Assembly: GCA_003344405.1 (NCBI GenBank)
Contig: NOWV01000013.1
Coordinates: 806,001-870,000 of the forward strand
Source: Trichoplax sp. H2
Lineage: Eukaryota
DNA length: 64,000 bases
Direction of reading: 5' to 3'
Each line of letters starts with the position of its first letter. Positions within the stretch are counted from its first letter, which is position 1. Shown here in pieces: positions 13,301 through 25,362 of this stretch. The notes below the pieces were generated by a model. The model saw only the letters and a program-made list of their open reading frames with translations. It ran no database searches and was not told the DNA's origin. Position numbers and translations under genes: made by a program.

Positions 13301-16257
13301 TTCATCATCTATATCGACATCTTGATCAGATGAAATTTTCGCTGTATTCCTAATAGCAATTCTACTTCCTTTCCTGCCTAAGCTAGATTCTTTGTCGATG
13401 CAATCAGAATCTGGGTTCGCCTTATACATTGGCTTACTTCCTTTACTTTTTTCTTCACCTTCTGAGGGTTTAATCCGATTAAATTTGGAATAGGATTCAA
13501 CAGAAGATGTAGATGCATGGTCGGTACTGGATTGCATATTAACACTGCGTGTATCTTCTATTGGAATTGGAGCTTTTTGTGAAACTTCTTTCGATTTAGG
13601 ATTCTCAGTCGTTTTAACAACTTTCCTAGTCGTGATTTTTACACTTCTCTTATGGTTTTGTGGTTTCTGAGGTACTAGTGATTGATGATGAATATTCCGA
13701 TTTTCTGTATGAGAATAACCACTGTCCATACTCGATTGCTTTTTCAATAAAGGTTTTTTAAATGATGAAAAGCCATTATGCTCAAATGAAGACGAATATG
13801 ATAAATTTTCCGTTGATCTGCCGATATTTGTAGAATTTAAGGGCACGTTTTCGTTTGTTGGCGACGAACATGAAGACGTTGGAACGGAATGGATGCCTGA
13901 TCTTTTATTTGGGGATCGAATACGATAAGGATTGACTTTTTGTGGTGGTATTTTAGTACCAAAATCAATGGGTCGAAATTTAGGACTATTCATGATAGGT
14001 GTAGGATTTTCTGACGGTGAATTACCGGGTGCATTTGCTTCCAGTTGAAGGAATAATTGTTTATTGGTATTGAATTTTGAACGATAATCTTTATGATAGG
14101 GATTGATAGGAGAAGTTGTAGATTTATCATTCTCAATATCGCTGGTATCTCTTGAACGAGATTCTGGAATAGAAGGTTTTAAGCCTTTGTACCTTTCTGC
14201 TGCACTAACAGCTCGTCTTATACTAGATTTCTTCGATGAATTCGGTGTGGAGATTTCCGCAGATGTCTTATATGAGCTCATTAGATTGTTAAGATCTTCA
14301 TTACTGAATCTACGAAGATCTATGGCTGCTCGCGATCTTGGCATTAATTTTTTACTTTCTTCGCTTGATGATGGCGATGTATCACTTTTACTTGCCATTT
14401 CTTCATTAAGTAAAAATAATAGTATTCCTCCGGTTCGTATTTGACTGTGACGAATGAAACAAATATAGCAATATATAGTATTAAATAATTTTAAAGTTTT
14501 TAATTTAGGTGTTAAGATTGGTGAAGGCAGACCTTTTTAGTTCTAGACAAACTACAGATTACAACAACTACCTTAAGTGCGTTAAAGTTTCAAAGGAGGA
14601 ATCATTTTCATTACGAAAGTAAATGTAGCCTCGCTCAGGAGTTACTTCATGATGCGATTGAAAGACGTCCGGAAAATAGTCATGGAATAGTCTCTTTAGA
14701 TCTTGATATGTCAAACCCGAATGAAATGGAATTCGAATTTGACGGCGATTGCATTGCAGAAAGATAGACTCTTCAATCGTATGATCTACGTTTAAAGAAA
14801 ATATTTTTATGAACTCATACTTATAATATTATCGATATTTTTAACGAATTGTTTTAAGTTAACTTCGCAAGTAAGTCGGACAACAGTTGCTCTATCTGGC
14901 AATCAATGACTTTTTATCATATGCGGTAGTGATTAGGTTACGTTATTTATATAGTTCATAAACTCAATATTATTTGACCGTTATACTGTCCGTGCAGAGA
15001 TTAACGAAATGCTTTAAATAATCTTCACAAGCAAGTTATGCAATAGTTGCCATATCAGAAAGTAAATGATTTTTCTGCCTTATACAGTTGTGATTTGATT
15101 ACGTTATTAACGTTAATTATTTGAAGTGCAAGGATCAGAAGGGAATTGCTATATTCGTAATTTTTTAAGACAACTAAAGGTGTGTGTGAAAATTCTATCA
15201 TTAAGAATAGGAGATGCTTGTTTAATCATTGAAGTCCAAGGATTAGAAAGAGAGTACTGTATTCTTAATTTTTTTTTTGAGACAGCTAAAGGTGTTCCTG
15301 AAACATTCTATCCTCAACAATGGGATGCAACATTTGCACAATGTAATATAACCTTGGAAGACTCGTTTCATCAAAGTTCAGGTAGTCATAATATCCTATG
15401 AAGATTTCGAAACCATGATGGCTACCTTTTGTAAACATTTCTTATTTTATGATACGGTGCATTTTAAAATGCCCTTCATAAATGGATAGATAACAGTTTT
15501 GACATGGTCCCCTCAAAATCATTATCCCTGGATTACATTCTATAATCATTCTACTTTAATAAGCCAGTCTTATGATTGCTGACTTAGTAAGGAGTGATTC
15601 ATTATGATAGCATTGTGATCTCAGTATATTATAACTGGGGTGGAAAGCATAGAGTGTGAAAATAATCAAATTCATATAGTAATTAGTATCAATGAATATA
15701 ATTTTATCGTGATAACTTAACGTAATGTTATTATGCTTAGAGTAATTATAGCATCGATAAAGATTCAATACTCTGTAATAAGAATTGATTAAATCTTTTG
15801 ATTTAGCTAAAGTACTCATTAAAATAAGAATATTACACGTACCTTAAATCAATAATAATATTTGAGTCTTAAAATTTCTTATCACGTAAAACTACCGTAA
15901 ATTATCATCACTAATCGTTTAAAGTAATTGGTAAATCACACCGAAACTAATTCGTACTCTTATCAATATCATAAGAAGGATTTATACCTTAACAAGATAG
16001 ACTGAAATTGTGATCTCAGGAATTACCGTACTTTGTTGTTCAATAGAAACGCCATGAAGTTTTTAAATTTAATATAAGTACAATACTGATGATCATTTTA
16101 AAGTAAAAGGTATTGATATGTATTTTCTCGAATTTCATACTGGATTTGCTTAACAAAATAAATACTCAAATAAGCTTAATTATTTGATCTTACTTGATAC
16201 TCTTCTAACGTAGTCTGTTGGGAATGAAGTTGGATGTTGAGGATTAATTCTTGACAT
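7385..16257 (-). CDS. SRCIN1/KIAA1217 (p140Cap/Sickle-tail, AIP3-domain) family cytoskeletal adaptor, multi-exon; both ends tentative
   Basis: Exon 14785-14572 encodes SIFLQCNRRQIRIPFHSGLTYQDLKRLFHDYFP...YIYFRNENDSSFETLTHL, which resembles the AIP3 N-terminal region. It splices in frame into the large Ser-rich exon 14444-12406. Coiled-coil exons at 11.2-9.9 kb include EVLIKEQKLVVMDEKFILSEPERLESALDQCRRL, a motif typical of the family as I recall it. A low-complexity exon lies at about 9107-7793. The start is tentatively placed at the ATG opening exon 16257-16194 (phase-compatible). Confidence 0.7.
12637..12898 (-). repeat. In-frame 129-bp (43 aa) tandem duplication inside a coding exon
   Basis: DSE(I/V)FEENKGDKILPWQDINYKE(S/N)IDTQSGKKPKFGSLKRLQG occurs twice; DNA offset is 129 (12641 vs 12770) with few mismatches. 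Confidence 0.95.
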
Positions 16258-18479
16258 CTATCAAATTAAGACCGTCAATGATTTTATTATTTAGCAGTAA
16301 AGTTTTATCACATTCAATAAATCAGTAGTTTATTTTTATCCACTAAAATATACCATGAGTTAGAGCTGGATCAATTGCCATTGAAGTAATAAATTGCAGG
16401 AACTTTCCGAGATCGTAGTTATTGAAATGGAATCAAATAGATCATGAAGTAAGTATGGACAAACTGTAGTGCCACGGGAGAGTAGGTACCGTTCTACTTC
16501 ATTTCAACTTTGACCTACAGTAATATTGATTGAAATGATAAAATCGATTTAAATTCACTCTATAACCGTCTACTGATAGTTTAAACTTATTTTAGGAAAC
16601 GATATTCAGGTAAACCATATGTTTGTTATCAATTATGAATTAATTGAGCTTATAGCTTTGCAAAACTTGACTAGTGTCTTCAAGGTAGCATATGGTTGCA
16701 CAAGTTGATTCCATAAGCAATGCCATCATACGAGATAATAAGGAGACTACGTCATTTATGGCGTTGCGCAGTATTTAGCTTAAGAAATAGAAGGAAGAAT
16801 TTGATACTAGATATACTAGCACATTAATTGCATTACTCTTATTGATAGACTGCAAATGTTATTGCTCAAGAGTAGGATGATGATGATATTGAAAGAAATT
16901 TTATGTACTACATGTTCTAAAATATCAAAATGAATCAGTAGTTATTAATTTCTAGTGAATTTGGTAATAATATCTCTTTCAGACGGTTAGAGATCAAGAT
17001 ATGACATATAATTAATAACAAATAGTTTTTAATACATCTAATATTTGGAGCATAATCAGTTTTTCAATCTTCGATATTTTAAAAATACGAACATAAAATG
17101 GGCACAGATAGGTACTTGCCATTATCGATACGTTGCCCTATAATAACCATAAATCGAATGCAATTGCTTGTACATCTATGCACAGATTTGGTAATATTAT
17201 AAAGCTTTGTGTGATATAGACATTAATGCGAACTCTTTCAAATAGTCGAAAGACGATAGAAACCACCTGTTAGCAAGCCGTATTTTCTTATGTATTTAAT
17301 CAAGTTATTTTACATAATTCTTAGTAATATTTTAGACTTTGAACCTATTAACATTAATTTCTATTAAGTGTACAAAAGTATAATGCCATTATTAATTACG
17401 CGTATAATTATAATTATCGGTAATGACTCAGATTGATGAATGAATTGAACAGCAGGATTTTACTGCACTACAAACTTTTCAAGCTAAAATTTCAGTATTC
17501 AACGTTAATTTCGACTGATAACAAAGATATCATCAATCTTATTGGTAGGATAGATGTATCGATAGATTTAATATTAATACTTTACTATGTTGTAACCTAT
17601 TCAGGCTTAGATTGTTTTCGATATCAATTCTAAATACGCTCAAGAAAATATTCGCTGATTCTACGGGTATTCTCCATATCCTTCGTAAGCCATATTTATG
17701 GATACGTTTGCTACGTTCAATTTTCCACAACATTGTTAACTCTCCCTAGCCTAAAATATTTTAGTATAGATTGCAAATAGGTGTAGACAACTACTGTATA
17801 TCGTTGGTAGTCTATCAATCGAATATCCACATATCATAATATAAATTTGAGGTTTAGCATACTTTATTCAATAGTAAGAGTGATAGAAAAGTAGATGGAC
17901 GAGCTAGAAATGGTTAATATGATCATCAGCGCGCCAAAATCTCTTTGACACCGTGATAGAGTGATGTCAACTAACAACAAACTGACCTAAGTAAATAAAG
18001 TATCTTATTAAAGAGCTCAATCAGCTAGCCGTGAAGTAACACCGACTAACTTCCAAGGTTTCTAGTAATAAAATGATTGCATGCGTATATGTGATCCATT
18101 TTCTTCGATATGTTTGAGTAGTAAAAACTAGAAGTAAAGTGCTGCTGTACGCATAAGTCTCTTATTGCAGAAAGTTATCCACGAAATGCATATGCGATCA
18201 ATTTTGTCCAACTTGATGCAAAAATTGCAATATCGAATATACTTATGGCCATCACGTCGTCTATGTGTCCAGCAGTCCTGGACTACCGTAAGTATACGTA
18301 CTCATTGTACTGTCGTGTCGTATACTGTGTACTTCACTTTAAATTGAGGTGAAGAGTGAAGAGGTTCGTGATACTGTATTCGTTGTTACGCCGTTACTTC
18401 ACTCCAACAGCCGTGAGTCGGTGACGCACGTTATTAGAAAGTCAACCGAGATGTCGGTGCGCCATAACTACACAAAATG

Positions 18480-20420
18480 GACAGTAAAATTGATTCTAAT
18501 TCTATTGGACCTTCAATAGCGGATTTTACTGTCTATTTTGCTGCCTTACTGGTGATAGTTTATGTAATGTACTATATATATAATAACTAATACGAGTATA
18601 CGTGTAATCCCTAGGCAGTAAAATTTGTTCTAATTCTATTGGACCTTCAATAGCGAATTTTACAGTCTATTTTGGTGCCTTACTTGTGATAGTTTATGTT
18701 TAATACGAGTATGTAATAATATCTTCTTTAAGTAGCGTAAAGTATTTTAAGGTAGACGATGATAGAAGGTATAAAGGATTTTATTGAGATACAAGTTATA
18801 GGCTAACAATGACATGGTTATTATAGATAAGGTATTTGAGATAGTAGGAACGTAGGAACTGACTAACGAGTTAGCTTACAAGGGTATTTATAGGTTTTAG
18901 ATGAGATTGAGATAATGTCTTCTTTATACAGTATGTATAGCATGTCGTCATGATGTCGTACATTATAAATGTAATACAATACAGTACTTAAACGGTATAT
19001 GATAAGTATTCGCATATTAGGATATTACTATACTAGGCATCTTCTATATAAGATCATAATGTTACAGAGTATACGTGTAATCCCTAGGCAGTAAAATTTG
19101 GTCTAATTCTATTGGACCTTCAATAGCGAATTTTACTGTCTATTTTGCTGCCTTACTTGTGATAGTTTATGTTTAATACGAGTATACGTGTAATCCCTAG
19201 GCAGTAAAATTTGTTCTACTGTAATTCTATTGGACCTTCAATAGCGAATTTTACTGTCTATTTTGCTGCCTTACTTGTGATAGTTTATGTTTAATACGAG
19301 TATACGTGTAATCCCTAGGCAGTAAAATTTGTTCTACTGTAATTCTATTGGACCTTCAATAGCGAATTTTACTGTCTATTTTGCTGCCTTATTTGTGATA
19401 GTTTATGTTTAATACGAGTATACGTGTAATCCCTAAGCGATAGTTTATGTACTGTACTTTATACTGTATAATAATTAATACGAGTATACGTGTAATCCCT
19501 GGAACGAGATCAAGAATTTGAGCTTTCCTTTCCTTAGTCTACTTTATTTGGAAGGCCATGCCAAGCGCGATATCATACACACGTTAACGAGACATTAGAA
19601 CTGTAACAATGAATCAGCTCTAGTACGAACATAACTTTAATAACCCTATCCTAATGCACGTAAACATTTGTAGCATGTGATCTTAATCTAGTACCAGTAG
19701 ATAAGCCGTAAATAGTATTGTACGATATCTAGGATTCCCCACGTTGTATGGCGGCGCGTACACTGCAAGGTAATAAGCAGAGTAGTTTACAAGACAGGCG
19801 ATGTTAGGACAATCCCTAGGCAGTAAAATTGATTCTAATTCTATTGGACCTTCAATAGCGAATTTTACTGTCTATTTTTGCTGCCTTACTAGTGATAGTT
19901 TATGTACTGTACTGTATATAATGAATGAATACTGTCCATGTAATCCCTCTGCGATGATGATNNNNNNNNNNNNNNNNNNNNAGGTTTAGCATACTTTATT
20001 CAATAGTAAGAGTGATAGAAAAGTAGATGGACGAGCTAGAAATGGTTAATATGATCATCAGCGCGCCAAAATCTCGTTGACACCGTGATAGAGTGATGTC
20101 AACTAACAACAAACTGACCTAAGTAAATAAAGTATCTTATTAATACCCTATCCTAATGCACGTGAACATTTGTAGCATGTGATCTTAATCTAGTACCAGT
20201 AGATAAGGTGTAAATAGTATTGTACGATATCTAGGATTTCCCCACGTTGTATGGCGGCGCGTACACTGCAAGGTAATAAGCAGAGTAGTTTACAAGACAG
20301 GCGATGTTAGGACAATCCCTAGGCAGTAAAATTGATTCTAATTCTATTGGACCTTCAATAGCGAATTTTACTGTCTATTTTTGCTGCCTTACTAGTGATA
20401 GTTTATGTACTGTACTGTAT
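18480..20420. repeat. Family of 113-118 bp hairpin-forming repeats (7 copies; three in direct tandem at 19068-19430)
   Basis: Core GGCAGTAAAATT(t/g)...CTAATTCTATTGGACCTTCAATAGCGAATTTTACTGTCTATTTTGCTGCCTTAC at about 18482, 18615, 19087, 19200, 19318, 19819 and 20322. Confidence 0.95.
19962..19981. other. Assembly gap (20 N) flanked by duplicated sequence, probably alternate haplotypes assembled in tandem
   Basis: 19982-20143 matches 17850-18011 and 20144-20464 matches 19641-19961, each with only a few differences. Confidence 0.85.
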
Positions 20421-20776
20421 ATAATGAATGAATACTGTCCATGTAATCCCTCTGCGATGATGATGATTTGTAGGAGATTGCTGCGATCTGCGGCATGACG
20501 ACGCGTCAGGTTCTTTTTTCGATCTCTGTGACACGCGTTCTTGTCAAGTCAACGCACGCACGAGTCGTGCGCAGTAGATATGACCATATCAGCAGGCGTC
20601 ATCGACCAGTCTCATCTTTTAGGTTAGAAAGACATTTTGGCTTAAGAGAGGCCTATGGACCTCAGTGAGATTTGGAAATGGATACTTTGGTTTTATGCTA
20701 ATATTGAGCATTGAATTGGTTCTATTTTGTATTGGCTATTTACAGTCTACCTGTGTTGTCAAGGGATACATTGATT

Positions 20777-22210
20777 ATGATGAATTCTGAGTTCTTAGGA
20801 GAAGCACTTGTAATACGGGCATTAGCTTGGATAGTGACCATTGGAATATCTTATTTTTTGGCCATTTTAATGATTGCAATGATATACGAATGCATAGATG
20901 CAGTTCAGCAAGGTATGGTTGGTATAGAGTTCAATCAGTTGATGGGATTGCAGCTACGGAAAAGTGTATTATTTATTGCCTTCCTTGGAGGATAGGCTGT
21001 ATACGTCATGAATATTTTTGTACAGTAATTGTGATGTTACTTCATTCCTGGGGTTGTGTTCATGAAAAGAATTTGAAACCAAGAAAAGTAGTTTAAAATA
21101 TCTTAGTTGTGGTTACACTAGTTTTCTTTTACCTACGATAGAATTAAAATTGAATTTACTTCATATTTTCTCTGACTGTGCTGGTGAATTCAACTTGAAA
21201 GTAGATAGATTGAAATATACTCTCCTAATGATGGCCACTTTAGTTTTCTTTTTACTTACAATACTAATATATTGAATAAAGTCATAGGTAATACGGCCAA
21301 TCATTCAAAGGATGCAAATAATACCTTTCACCAATTAATGGTAGGAATCAAGATGGTTATTATTGAATACCTTGTTGATTAAGTAGACATCATTTTCTGC
21401 TTACTCTTTAAAATCCTTTTTAGACTGTTTATCAAAGTGAGAGATCAGAGTTTTTACGTGTAATTAAAGAGCAATCGATCGACGTGAACAAGGAAATGAG
21501 TCCATACGGATTGTCTATTTTTCAAGTAGGTGGCTATATACGATTGCATTGGATAATGGATACCATTCCATTGCGTGATGATTAGACTTACTCTTTTTTT
21601 ATACATGTAGTGGTTATGCACTAAGCACGACGTCATAGCAATTCAATATTTAATAAGAGAGTGCCAAGGACAAGTTACAGCAAAGACTGCTTTAGGAGAT
21701 ACGTGTTTAATGCTGGCTTGTGCAGCTTATGCGACCAATCTCACGCGAAAATATAGGACTGTTGAATTGCTAATTATGGAAGGTAAAGTGATGCGGTACA
21801 GTCTGTAGGTAGATGGAGTTTTAACCTTTAAAAAATGAATGAAAGGACACCAAATCTGAAATAGAAATCGCATGTTTTGAACAAATCATCGCGGTTTTAT
21901 ATTGTACAAAATTTGGCTAACTAGCAACATAGATATAAAGTTAATTATAACAATTAGACTATAGTTGTTATTCTTCTGGTATTAGCTACGAAAATAGGCG
22001 TATTCCTGTAAAAATCAAGGGTAAAAAAATCTTAAATGGATCATCATCATGTAGTACAATTATGGTTCGGTATTCATTTGAACTTATTTTCGTAATTATA
22101 ATTTAGGTTGTGATGTTAATGCAAAAAATTGGACAAATGTAACGGCTTTGAATATTGCAACACGAATGAAAGATGGAAAATTGTGGAAAATATTATTTAA
22201 AAACGGTTGA
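20777..22210 (+). CDS. Ankyrin-repeat protein with N-terminal transmembrane anchor, about 202 aa, 6 exons
   Basis: Exons 20777-20912, 21142-21183, 21288-21340, 21424-21525, 21611-21782 and 22107-22210 all join in frame via GT-AG. Ankyrin motifs: IDVNKEMSPYGLSIFQW, TALGDTCLMLAC and LLIMEGCDVNAKNWTNVTALNIA. Hydrophobic segment: ALAWIVTIGISYFLAILMIAMIY. Confidence 0.75.
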
Positions 22211-23281
22211 TTTATTCTTATCCAGCTATTTTATTATTAGTCAATAACTTTTATCTTCAATTTTAGTCGTAACGCTGTAGTAACTCCATGTATATTAGGG
22301 TCTAGCTCTAGCGGCTTATTTTTAAAGCGGTATATCCTGTTGCTTTCACCATTTTTAGGTGCTGTAATTTCTTTGACGTCTTTAATGAAGTCGTCGAGAT
22401 AATTTACCACTTCTGAAAAATCTATCCGAATTGGGGAATGCATTATGATAGATGTGATACGAATCATGCTATTAAAAGTGTTTAAGCAATAGCTTGTTAC
22501 TACAACTCTTCGACACTCTAGATATTTGTTGTTCAATTTATAAAAATTATTTGTTTCTTTACGATTTCTGCATCTTATAACAAAATATTTGCATGGTAGC
22601 CAAGTATCGTAAGTTTGAATTGTAAAATATAAAGTAAACATTAGACAAGGTAGATAAGAATATACGTATTTATTAGGTACTACAAAATTAGTCAAGCGCG
22701 TCATTTGACATGAGATGCACAAATATCATCTCGAGCATAGCACTATCTTTGCATATTATCTGTACTGACGATTTTAATTGTATATTATTACCCTTGTCAG
22801 TTATTTATGTAACTTTTCAGTCATAATTGACACTCTGCAGTTTCAGATTGTATAGATACACCAGTAATAAAATTTCACTCACTATCAAATTAAATGCTAT
22901 CTTTCAGTCTACATAATAAAATCGCTCCACTATAATAATGCAAATTATCTATTAACACTATTCCATGCAAAAGCAAATGCAGTAGAAATAAAATTTACAA
23001 ATGGCACCATAGACTATCTTTAAATCAAATACAAGATTTCAAAAATAGCTTTTAGCAAATGTACACTCTATACTTTTACAGTAAATTACAGTATGATATA
23101 GATATGTACACAGTTTGTATTATGAATATCTTACACTGGATTCGAAATATATTTGAAGAGCACTACAACATTGTTAAGGATAAAAATGACTATATTTATG
23201 ATGGCAAGGGAGAAAGTCACCGCAAGAACTGGATGAATGAGATGTGGTAACGTTTTATGGGAGCTAATCGATGTAAGATTA

Positions 23282-24979
23282 TCACGACATTACTAGATTG
23301 CGGGGTTCGTTTAATCCAGGATCAGGTAAGTTTAAATTTTTCAATAATGAAGATAGCCAACGCTTTGTTGAGTTGTCTTCTTTTAAGAACATAGCGAAAG
23401 TATTATCTCTGAGTTGCTCTGGTAAGCATTGCCTCAGGGCTTCTTTAGCTCTGTTGACAAAAGTATCCAAGCATTAGCTATGAATATTTTAGGTTGGCTA
23501 ATTTTAATATCAAAAGCAAGCAAGAATTCAAGCTTACCTAGAATTCTCCGATAAGCACAAGTAACATCGAACAACATGCTTGAGCAATCGAGCTGATGGT
23601 TCTTTGCCAAGAGCTGACACCATTTTACTCTAATTTATAATAATACTTCATTAAAAAGTTGATTTAATCAAGTATTCCATAGTAAATACAATTACAATGG
23701 ATGGTAATAAATTACTGTCCCAAAATTGTTTTCTTATAATAATTGATAGACAAATAATCTTACTAAAATCATGGCCACATGCGAAAAGCGTTCATATGTG
23801 TGACAGATATAAGCCAAGCCGATAGGGTCGACAAGAATTTTCTGAAGGATGAAGGTTGCTACAGTTTTCGACAGTTCACTTCCAATTTCCATTATTCGTA
23901 GGCATAAGGGAACAATTTCAGTGGATAGTAGAAAACTGGTTACGTCAGAGTCATCAGTCTGTTGATTAATTTTAGGTAGGGTATCCAAAAAAAAAACAAC
24001 ATTTTGGTGATAGTATCAGAATCAACCAACATTCATCTCACCCTATGCCAGGCGATCGATTTTATAAGCAACAGCAATAAGTATGTTACCTTAACTAATG
24101 CACCGATGACACCTAAGCTGGTCAAACGTAAGTACTCAAAGGGCCTTGATTTAGTTGTGGTATGGAGGAAGGGATACAGGAAGAGCGGAATATGTGCTGT
24201 GTGGAGAAACAAAGCTTTTCATTATTTGGACGTTTTAGAATTAATTGTTGCGAAGGTTACGATAATAACATTGCCTACGAACCTTCTAAAAATAGCGATC
24301 TTGTTTCAGGATGTGAAGCGATACACTGAAGAAGAGCTAATGCATTGCAAACGCGGTTGGACTGTGCAGCCTGAATCGCAAGAAACATTGCACAATTTTA
24401 TATCAAAAATGACGATTAAGTTAATGTATCTTGTCTGATATTAAATTAAGTTTAAGCAATTCAAGACTCAACTTACTGTTAGAGTTGGTGGATTAACGTA
24501 TGGATAAATATCAACTACTTCTTGCACCAAAGCAGCCACAGTTCCTATAATTATGTAGAATAGAATAGAATAACGTATTCAGTAAGGCATGTTTTACCAA
24601 GCGGAAAGAAAAAGACTATATCAATATCCAATTTACCAAAAGAATGCCATATCAGTGGAGCAAGATTTTGTACACTTTCACGTCCTTTACTAAGTATTTG
24701 AAAAGTATCAAAGGATCACATTATTGGTAGTTCTGATACATGTACTGTATGATTGGATTGTAACGTTGGTGAGAAAGGATAAATAATTTATATTATTCAC
24801 CTTAGCTCTAGTAAGGCTTCTTGTCTAGCTTCTGAACTGGCTGGATTGGATAGATCCTGTACCAAGGAGTAGATTTTTTCCATTTCTGTTGCTTGTTGCC
24901 TAGGCTGTGACTGTTGTTGGTGTGCTTGCAACATTGACTGTTGTTGCGGTGATTGAGAAATAGCAGGCTGCTGCACCAT
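23282..24979 (-). CDS. CNOT9: CCR4-NOT subunit 9 (RQCD1/Rcd1/CAF40), multi-exon, with Gln-rich N-terminal extension
   Basis: Spliced peptides [100 protein letters not shown] and [15 protein letters not shown] are diagnostic. Confidence 0.97.
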
Positions 24980-25362
24980 GTGAGGTAATGGAAAGCGCTA
25001 GAAGATGGCCAATATATATAGACATGTTAGTCAAGGGATAAAATTGAAGGAAGAAATCAATGATTTTTACGAATTCTCCAATTTTGCTACAATTCTTCAA
25101 TCGTCCATTTTTATGTGTACTGTACGGTATGCTAAAGATGTGCTTGTAGTTGTACAAAGCATTGAGATTATTTATAGTTGATAATTTTTTCTCTACGTAC
25201 GATGTCGAATAGAATATGTAGTTGGTGTGCAATATTGACTAGTGTAAACTATCCACTCTATTCAATCTGTTTTTTCTACGGGATTTAAAAACTTTTATTG
25301 TTGATTTATTGTACTTACTCGTAGATAACTGATCTTAGAACGATTAGTAAATTATTTTTTCT

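Noticed and set aside
7956-14444. Plus-strand ORFs 7956-8156, 11053-11280 and 14103-14444
   Set aside because: Antisense shadows of the SRCIN1-like coding exons.
18012-19636. Canonical piggyBac transposon
   Set aside because: TTAA boundaries are present, but there are no CCC/GGG terminal inverted repeats or transposase; kept only as a structural-variant finding.
19801-20498. Duplicated 62-64 aa ORFs (MLGQSLGSKIDSNSIG...)
   Set aside because: Translations of the hairpin repeat in the gap-flanking duplicate; other copies have frame-breaking indels.
24004-24438. 144-aa plus-strand ORF
   Set aside because: Antisense to CNOT9 exons and introns; no recognisable protein features.
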